Assembly: GCA_964481255.1 (NCBI GenBank)
Contig: CAYZTZ010000002.1
Span: forward strand, 39,131-103,130
Reading direction: 5' to 3'
DNA: 64,000 nucleotides
Source of the DNA: an uncultured Acidobacteriota bacterium
GTDB lineage: Bacteria; Acidobacteriota; UBA6911
Numbering within the stretch: position 1 is the stretch's first letter; every line of letters starts with the position of its first letter. The notes under the pieces were generated by a model. The model saw only the letters and a program-made list of their open reading frames with translations, was not told the DNA's origin and made no database searches. Shown one piece after another: positions 28,289 through 36,200 of the stretch. The translations under genes and the position numbers were made by a program.

Positions 28289-31200
28289 TTGGAGGCCGAT
28301 GTGGATCCTTCGGGCGAGAGGTTTTGGCCGGAGTCCGCAGACCCGTACGACGAGACCGCCGCGGAACATCTCCAGCGCTACCACTCCGTTTTGGAGCTTG
28401 TCCGGGGCAAGGCCGTGATCGACGCCGGCAGCGGCGAAGGCTACGGGACACACCTGCTCGCAGGAACCTCCGCCTGTATCTTCGGCGTCGACGCCTCTGC
28501 GGAGGCGGTTCGCCACGCTTCCCTGAGGTATTTGCAGCCCAACCTGCGCTTCATTGCCGGCCTCATCGAAGCCCTCCCGTTTCGCGACGCGGCGTTCGAC
28601 GTGGTGGTTGCTTTCGAAGTGATCGAGCATGTCGTCGAGGGGCTGCAAACGGCCTTTCTGCGCGAAGCCCGGCGTGTGCTGCGCGCGGACGGCGTCCTGG
28701 TCATCTCAACCCCCAACAAGGCGGTTTACACGGACGCCGCGAACCAGCTCAATCCGTTTCACAAGCGGGAGTTCCACATCGGGGAGTTCGAGGAGTTCCT
28801 GAAGGACGTTTTTCCCCGCGTCGCTCTTTTCGGCCAGGGATGGCACCTGTCGTCCGTTATCGAGAAAGCCCCTGTCTCCAAACTGGCAAGCGTCCGTCTC
28901 GCCGACTCGAAGGAATTCTCTCCCAAGTACCTGGTCGCGGTCTGCGGCGCGACCGAGTCGGTCGACGCGGCCGATATCTCCTCGGTTCTGATCGACCGGC
29001 GAGGAAGGTTCGAAACCCTCTCCGGCCGTATCCTGAAACTGCAGGAGGAAGTCTCGGAAAAGAACTCCTGGGCCGCAGCCCTTCAGTCGGAACGCGACAG
29101 CCTCGAGCGCCGCGTCGTCGAACTGCAGGAGGAGGTCCGCCAGAGGAATTCCTGGGCCCTGGGCCTGGAACGCGAACTGGACGGAGTGAGGCAACGGGTC
29201 GTGGAACTGCAGAACGAGGTCGAGGACCGGAACGCCTGGGCGCTCTCTATCAACGCCGAACTGGAAAGTACCCGCGCGGAGCTCGAACGCACGCGGTCTG
29301 AACTGGACTCCATCCGCCAAAGCGATTTCTACAAACTGGCGACCCGTTATTGGCGCCTGCGCGACAGCCTGCTCCCGTACGGCAGCCGCAGGCGGAGGCT
29401 CATGCACGGCCTCTTTGCATTGCTGAAGCCGGCAAAAGTCAAGCCCCAAGAGGCTCCGACGAAGGCGGACGCCCTGAAACCGCGGCCTCCTGCCGCCAAG
29501 GAGTACCCGAGGATCGAGTTCCCGGAGTGCGCCGAGCCGCGCGTCTCGATCATCATACCCGCGTTCAATCAGTGGGATTTCACCTACAGGTGTCTCCAGA
29601 GCGTCCGCCGCACGACGGACGGACTGGCCTGCGAGGTCATCCTGGCCGACGACGGGTCGACGGACGAAACCGCGCGAGCCGATGAATTCCTCGGGGGCGT
29701 CCGCTGGCTGCGAGACGGCGTCAACCGCGGTTTTCTCCGCAACTGCAACCATGCCGCCGAGGCCGCGCGAGGGGAGTATCTCTATTTTCTGAACAACGAC
29801 GCCGAGCTGAAGCCCGGAGCGGTTCAGTCCCTCGCCGCCCTGCTCGATTCGGACGAGACAATCGGGATCGCGGGCTCGAAACTCGTGTATCCCGACGGCC
29901 GCCTCCAGGAGGCCGGCGGGATTTTATGGAAGGATGCCAGCGGCTGGAATTACGGCCGCGGGCAGGACCCTATGCTCCCTTCGTTCAACTATGTGAAGGA
30001 CGTCGACTACGTTTCCGGGGCAAGCCTGATGATCCGCAGGAAACTGTGGGAGGAAATCGGGGGATTCGATGACCGCTACGCGCCCGCCTATTGCGAGGAC
30101 TCCGATCTCGCGCTGGAGGCCCGCAGGCGAGGGTGGCGCATTGTGTATCAGCCCCGGTCGGTCGTAGTCCACCACGAGGGGGTGTCCCACGGGACGGATA
30201 TTTCCGACGGCGTTAAGGCACAGCAGATGCGGAATATGGAAATGCTCCGGGCCAAGTGGGCTTCCGAACTCGCCGCGCACTTCCCCAACGGGGAGAACGT
30301 CTTTCACGCGAGAGACCGCTCGGCGGCGAAAAGGACCATTCTGATCATCGATCACTATGTCCCGCATTTCGACCGAGACGCCGGCAGCCGGACGATGCAA
30401 TCGTTCATCGAGACATTCCTGGCCATGGGTCTGAACGTCAAATTCCTCGGAGATAATTTTTTCCCCCACCAGCCCTACACGGAGATGCTCGAACAGGCCG
30501 GAGTCGAAGTCCTGGTGGGCCCCTGGATCGCCGGCCGCTGGCGCGAGTGGATCCGCGAAAACGGATGCCGCCTGGACTACGCGCTCCTCAGCCGCCCTCA
30601 TATCGCCCCCAGGTACGTGGAGCCTCTGCGATCGCACGCGCGCGCCAGGCTGCTCTATTACGTCCACGATCTGCATTTTCTCCGCGAACGGGAATCGGCC
30701 CGTCTTCGCAACGACGCGCTCATGAAGGAGCGCGCCGAAAGGCTCAGGGCGGAGGAGACGCGTTTGATGAACCGCATGGATGCGATTCTTTCCTGCAGTG
30801 ACGCGGAGACGGAGATCTTGCGGGATCTTTGCCCGGGCGTGAAGGTTTTTTATGTCCCCCCGTACGCTGTCAGCGTGGATCGCGCGCGGGAGTTCAACGC
30901 CCCGGGGCGCAAGGATATCTTGTTTGTCGGCGGGTTTTCTCACCCGCCCAACACGGACGGCATCCTCTGGTTTGTGCGCGAGGTCTGGCCGTCCATTCGA
31001 GCGCGGCTTCCCGGGGTCGTATTCAACGTCGCCGGCGCCGATCCTCCCCCCGAGATCCGGGCGCTCGCCTCGGAATCCGTGCGTCTGCTGGGCTTCGTGA
31101 GCGACGACCGGCTGAAAAGGCTTTACGACAGCTCCCGGCTGGTCGTCATACCCCTGCGTTACGGCGCCGGCGTCAAGGGGAAAACGGTCGAGGCCATGGC

Positions 31201-31432
31201 CCACGGCGTGCCTTTTGTTACGACGCGCTGGGGCGTTGAAGGGATGCCGGGGATCCGCCAGATCCTCGATCCCGCTCAAGTCCCGGGGTCCCTGGCCGAT
31301 GGAGTCGTTGCTTTATACGAAGACGCCGCCCGCCTCGAGGAGATATCCCGGCGCGGGCGCGATTATGCAGCCGTGCGTTTCAATCGTGAGAACATTGCGT
31401 CCGCCTTTCAAAGCGTGTTTCAGGATCTTTGA
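28289..31432 (+). CDS. Multidomain glycan-assembly protein: class I SAM methyltransferase, coiled coil, GT2 and GT4
   Basis: Methyltransferase motif I VIDAGSGEGYG. Heptad-rich repeat region. GT2 segments VSIIIPAFNQ...ADDGSTDET...NRGFLRNCN...CEDSDLA. GT4-like C-terminus GAGVKGKTVEAMAHGVPFVTT. The likely true start is the GTG at 28301, which has GGAGG 5 nt upstream. Confidence 0.8.
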   Translation: MEADVDPSGERFWPESADPYDETAAEHLQRYHSVLELVRGKAVIDAGSGEGYGTHLLAGTSACIFGVDASAEAVRHASLRYLQPNLRFIAGLIEALPFRDAAFDVVVAFEVIEHVVEGLQTAFLREARRVLRADGVLVISTPNKAVYTDAANQLNPFHKREFHIGEFEEFLKDVFPRVALFGQGWHLSSVIEKAPVSKLASVRLADSKEFSPKYLVAVCGATESVDAADISSVLIDRRGRFETLSGRILKLQEEVSEKNSWAAALQSERDSLERRVVELQEEVRQRNSWALGLERELDGVRQRVVELQNEVEDRNAWALSINAELESTRAELERTRSELDSIRQSDFYKLATRYWRLRDSLLPYGSRRRRLMHGLFALLKPAKVKPQEAPTKADALKPRPPAAKEYPRIEFPECAEPRVSIIIPAFNQWDFTYRCLQSVRRTTDGLACEVILADDGSTDETARADEFLGGVRWLRDGVNRGFLRNCNHAAEAARGEYLYFLNNDAELKPGAVQSLAALLDSDETIGIAGSKLVYPDGRLQEAGGILWKDASGWNYGRGQDPMLPSFNYVKDVDYVSGASLMIRRKLWEEIGGFDDRYAPAYCEDSDLALEARRRGWRIVYQPRSVVVHHEGVSHGTDISDGVKAQQMRNMEMLRAKWASELAAHFPNGENVFHARDRSAAKRTILIIDHYVPHFDRDAGSRTMQSFIETFLAMGLNVKFLGDNFFPHQPYTEMLEQAGVEVLVGPWIAGRWREWIRENGCRLDYALLSRPHIAPRYVEPLRSHARARLLYYVHDLHFLRERESARLRNDALMKERAERLRAEETRLMNRMDAILSCSDAETEILRDLCPGVKVFYVPPYAVSVDRAREFNAPGRKDILFVGGFSHPPNTDGILWFVREVWPSIRARLPGVVFNVAGADPPPEIRALASESVRLLGFVSDDRLKRLYDSSRLVVIPLRYGAGVKGKTVEAMAHGVPFVTTRWGVEGMPGIRQILDPAQVPGSLADGVVALYEDAARLEEISRRGRDYAAVRFNRENIASAFQSVFQDL
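29039..29290 (+). repeat. In-frame tandem repeat, 3 x 84 bp (28 aa), encoding the coiled-coil segment
   Basis: Units start at 29039, 29123 and 29207, each with CTGCAG (LQ). The shared pattern is LQxEVxxRNxWAxxLxxELxxxRxxxxE. Confidence 0.85.
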
Positions 31433-31460
31433 GGGCGTTGATTTGGAATAAAGGAGGCCT

Positions 31461-32504
31461 GTGTCCATTCGAGCAAGGGCGCCGTTGCGGCTGGGATTGG
31501 CCGGAGGGGGGACCGATGTGTCGCCTTACTGCGACCTGTTCGGCGGAGCCGTGTTGAACGCGACGATCGACCGCTACGCGCACTGCACCATCGAGCCGCG
31601 CGACGACGGGCGGGTGACGATCGAGGCGCTCGACCTCGGCTTCCGCGAGGCGCTGCCGGCGGAACCAACGATCCCCGCCACCGGCCCGCTTCAGCTGCAG
31701 AAGAGCGTCTACAACCGGATCGCTCAGGATTATAACGGCGGCAAGCCGTTGTCCTTGGCCCTGACCACGTGGTCCGACGCCCCGCCGGGCTCGGGTCTCG
31801 GAGCTTCTTCAACCCTGGCGGTGGCCATGGTGGCCGCCTTCGCAGAATGGCTTCATCTGCCCATGGGCGAGTACGACATCGCCCGCTGCGCCTTTGTAAT
31901 CGAGCGCGTCGACCTGGGGCTGGCCGGCGGCAAACAGGACCAGTACGCCGCGGCTTTCGGCGGCGTAAACCTTATCGAGTTCTACGCCGGCGGACGGGTG
32001 ATCGTCAACCCGCTCCGCGTCAAGGATTGGATTCTCAGCGAACTCGAAGAATCGCTGGTCCTCTACTTCACCGGAGTCTCCCGAGACAGCGCCCGGATCA
32101 TCGACGAGCAGATCCGGAACGCCGAGACCCGTTCGGGCCCCTCGATAGAGGCCATGCACGCCATGAAGGCCGACGTGGCCCGCATGAAGGAGGCCATCCT
32201 CCTCGGCGACATCCGCCGCTTCGCGGAGATACTCGGGAACTCCTGGCAGGCGAAGAAAAAAATGGCCCGGGGCATTTCCAATGAGACTATCGAAAAAATC
32301 CATGACGGCGCGCTCCGGGCCGGGGCCATTGCCGGCAAGGTTACCGGCGCAGGCGGCGGAGGCTACATGATGTTCGTCGTGCCGCCGACGCGGAGGCATG
32401 CCCTGATGGATGCTCTGCGCCAAAACGGCGGCCAAGTCATGGATTTCCATTTCACCAGGGAAGGGGTCGCGTCGTGGAGAACGGGAAGCGGATCCCTGGA
32501 CTGA
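31461..32504 (+). CDS. GHMP-family sugar kinase, HddA-like (D-glycero-alpha-D-manno-heptose 7-phosphate kinase-type)
   Basis: GTG start with AAGGAGG 5 nt upstream. N-terminus RAPLRLGLAGGGTDVSPYCDLFGGAVLNATIDRY, GHMP motif PPGSGLGASS, and a C-terminal GAGGGG. Confidence 0.75.
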   Translation: MSIRARAPLRLGLAGGGTDVSPYCDLFGGAVLNATIDRYAHCTIEPRDDGRVTIEALDLGFREALPAEPTIPATGPLQLQKSVYNRIAQDYNGGKPLSLALTTWSDAPPGSGLGASSTLAVAMVAAFAEWLHLPMGEYDIARCAFVIERVDLGLAGGKQDQYAAAFGGVNLIEFYAGGRVIVNPLRVKDWILSELEESLVLYFTGVSRDSARIIDEQIRNAETRSGPSIEAMHAMKADVARMKEAILLGDIRRFAEILGNSWQAKKKMARGISNETIEKIHDGALRAGAIAGKVTGAGGGGYMMFVVPPTRRHALMDALRQNGGQVMDFHFTREGVASWRTGSGSLD

Positions 32505-33247
32505 TCGTGGCTGAGAGTGGACTTGAAGGCGTTTTCCTGGCGGGCGGTCTCGGGACTCGGATACGCGCCGTCGAGGCCGGGAAACCGAAGGTCATGATGG
32601 ACGTGGGCGGTCGCCCGTTCCTCGAAATCCTCCTGAAACACGCGATGGACCGGGGTCTGCGGCGGGCGATCCTGGCCACGGGATACAAGCACGAGTGCAT
32701 CGAATCCCATTTCGGGAATCGGTTCCAGGACGTCGAGATCCTCTACAGCCGGGAGTCCCGCCCGCTCGGGACCGGGGGGGCGGCGTGGAAAGCGCTGAAG
32801 ATCGCCCTGCAGGAAGACGTGTTCGTCTTCAACGGAGACAGCTTTTTCGACCTCGATCTCGCCGAGTTTTACGCCTTCCACAAATCCATCGGAGCGGACG
32901 CCAGCATGGCTCTCAAGCCGATGCTCGATTTCGACCGGTACGGCACGGTGCAGGCGGAAGGAGGCCGCATCACAGGCTTCCGCGAAAAACAGCGGGAAGC
33001 GCGCGGCCTGATCAACGGGGGGATATACCTGTTGAACCGATCCAGAATCGCAGCGCTTCCCATGCCGGAGACGTTCTCCATCGAGAGGGACTTCTTTGAA
33101 AGATACGCCGCTCGAATCCGTATGGGGGCGTTCGTCCGCGACGGCTACTTCATCGATATCGGGGTGCCCGAGGATTACGAAAGGGCGCGCAGGGAAATGA
33201 GGCCGACGGAATCGCATCCGGCGCCCGGCGGCGCCTCCACCAATTAA
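32474..33247 (+). CDS. Sugar-1-phosphate nucleotidyltransferase, HddC-like
   Basis: FLAGGLGTRIR...KPKVMMDVGGRPFLE is the nucleotidyltransferase signature. An alternative GTG start at 32507 lies 3 nt after the upstream stop. Confidence 0.75.
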   Translation: MENGKRIPGLIVAESGLEGVFLAGGLGTRIRAVEAGKPKVMMDVGGRPFLEILLKHAMDRGLRRAILATGYKHECIESHFGNRFQDVEILYSRESRPLGTGGAAWKALKIALQEDVFVFNGDSFFDLDLAEFYAFHKSIGADASMALKPMLDFDRYGTVQAEGGRITGFREKQREARGLINGGIYLLNRSRIAALPMPETFSIERDFFERYAARIRMGAFVRDGYFIDIGVPEDYERARREMRPTESHPAPGGASTN

Positions 33248-33297
33248 AAACACCGGGGTCGGACATCATCCGGCGAAAAGGCTGCGAGTCCCATCCC

Positions 33298-36200
33298 CTA
33301 AGGGCTCAGCTTAATTTGATAAACATCGAGGGTCCGCGCGAGCGAGCGATCCAGGTTGGCGAGAGCCTCTGCCAGGTTGGCTCGGGCGCGGACCTCGGCG
33401 CTGCGCGCGGCCACGTAGCCGCTTTGGCGCTCGAGGACCAGGAACATGATTGAAGTGCCCGACTGGAACTGGCGCTGCTCGCTCGCGTACTGTTCCAGCG
33501 CGGCCCCGGCGGCCATTTGGGCGGCCTCGTACATGACCCGCGCCGCGTTGACCTGCTCCAGGGCGTTGCGAACATCCGCCTCCACGTACATTTCCAGTTG
33601 TTTCCGGACAATCTCAAGCCTCCGGCTTTCAGCCAGCGCCGAAGCTACATTCGCTTCGGCTGTGCGGTTGTTGAGAGGAAGCGCGATCTGAACTCCGACT
33701 TTGAAGGCCGGGAAATTGCCGGCCCAGATATTGCTCAGAGACTGCCAGTTACCCCCTATCAGGGTTTCCGCCACCTGACCGGCGGGAAAACCCGGAAAGG
33801 GGGAGAATTCCTGGGGGGTCCCGGCCAGACCGGATGCGGTGACGGTCGCGATGAGATCGATCTGAGGCCTTTTCTGGTTCCGGTAATAGCGCACGTCAAG
33901 CCTGTTCATTTCCATCTGCAGGGAGTTGCCGGAAAGCTCGGGCCGGGAAGCCAGAGCCTGTTTCAATGCGTCCTCGAGGGCGGGCACGGTCCCGTCCAGC
34001 GACAGATGGGCGTCCGGGATCAGCGCTTCGCTCCACAGGGGATCCTCCCTGCCGCTCATTATCATCTGTTTCAGATTGTTTTCGGCCGTCGTGAGAATTT
34101 CCTGAGCCTGCGCCAGGGTCTGCCGGTAGGCGGCCACCTGCCTTTGCGCCGCCACGATTTCAATCGGCGCCAGAAGACCCTGCTCGACCTGCCTGCGGTT
34201 GCTCTCGTACTGCTCCGTGGCCAGCCGCAAGGCTTCGGTCTGCACCTCATGGTTCTGCCACGCGTAGACGAGTTCCCAGTAATACCGGACGGCCTGGGTG
34301 ACCCGCTCTATAACCCTCTGGCGCAGCTGCTCGGCGCTTAACTGCAGATTCTTGCGGGCCACCAGCAGCGAATGGCGCCCCGCGTCGATGCGCAGGTCCC
34401 GCCAGAGCGGCTGGGTGAAATTGAAGGACAGTGAGGAGGGATACTGGGGATTCAGGGTGGTAAACCTGCTGTCGTTCGTCTGTTTGGAATCGGAAAAGGT
34501 CAGGCTGTAGCCGGTCCCCAACCGCGGGGAAAGGCCGGTTATCTTGGGCGTGACGGTGAATTCTGTCGAGGTCAGTTTGCCGCTGGTGGACCCCATGATA
34601 ATTGTGGCGATGGGAGTGGCCGTGCGCGACCTGGATCCGTCCAGAGTGAAGACAGGGTCGAAATAGCCCTTCGCGCTCTCGATACCGTATCCGGCCTTTT
34701 CGATGGAGATGCGGGAAATGGCAAGCTCCGGATCGTTGGCCAGAACGCGCTCGATCGCCTCTCTGAGCGTGAGATTCGTTTTGCCCTTCACCCCGATTCT
34801 CGAAGGGAGTTCAAAAGCGCTCAGCGGCTGTAGCCGAACAGACGAAGGCATATCCGCCGTTCGCGATGCCGCGGGTGTCTGAGCGAAGGAAATGGGAACA
34901 AAAAGGAGCGGAATGGAGACAAGGGCCGCCGCTTTGGCCGCCTGTTTGGTCCTCCAGCGCATTACCCCTCGGGAGCGGATCCAGTGAGCCAGATCCTCCC
35001 ATAGAGAGTAGAACACCGGAACGGCCAGCAGCGTGAGCGCCAGACACAGCGTCTGTCCTCCGGCCACCATGAATCCGATGGAGTGGTTCGTGGCGGCCCC
35101 GGCGCCCCGCGACAACAGCAGAGGAATCATGCCGCAGACCAGGGCCATCGTCGTCATCAGGATGGGGCGAAGCCGGTCCCGATTCGCCTGAATGATGGCG
35201 TCGTAGCGGTTCATGCCCGCCGCCCTGAGTCCGTTCATGTGGTCGATCTGCAGGATCGCGTTCTTCTTCACGATGCCGAACAACAGCAGCAGCCCGAGAC
35301 CCGACATGATCGTAATCTGCTGGCCCGTGACCAGCATGGAAAAAATCCCGAAGGGCACGGCCAGCGGAAGCGAAATCAGGATCGTGATCGGGTGGATGAA
35401 GGATTCAAACTGAGCGGCCAGCGTGATGTACATGAAGATGAAGGCCAGCGCGAAGGCGACGGCGAAGTTGTAGCCGGCCTCGACCATCCTCCCGGTTATT
35501 CCGGTCGCACCGCCGTTGTATCCCGGATCCATATCCAGTTCATCGATGATACGCTCGAATTGACCCACCACCGCGGACTGCGATCCGCCTTCCATGAGGT
35601 TGCCCGTGATCTCGACGATCCGCTGCCGGTTGAGGCGCTCGATCGACGATGGTCCCGACCCCGACCGGACGCGCACGACTTCATTCAAGCCCACCGCGCC
35701 GATTCTGGTGGAAGCCACCGTCAGCTTCTCGAGGCCCTCCACCGAACCCCGGAACTGGTCCTCGGCCTGAACCACCACATCGTACTGATCATCCCCGGCA
35801 TTGAAGGTGCCGGCCGTTTGTCCCGCGACCAGAGTATTGATCGCCCGCTGCACGCTCTGCACGGATACGCCGAGGTCGGCAGCCCGTTCGCGGTCGATCT
35901 CCAGGCGCACTTCCGGCTTGCCGGCGCGCAGGGAGGTGTCAAGATCGCCCAAACCCGGGATGGTCCCGGCCTTCGCGACGAGTTTTTCCGAGTACTCCGC
36001 CAGCTTCCGGATATCGGGTCCCTGGAGATAATACTGGATATCGGACATCCCTCCCGGCCCCATGCCGGTGGCCGCGACCACGGAGAGAAAGATATTCGGG
36101 GGGTGGTCTTTCAGCATATCCCGGACCTTCGCCGCTATTTCATCCGAGGACAGGTCGCGCTCCCCGATATCGACCAGCTTGACATAAATGGAGGCTGCAT

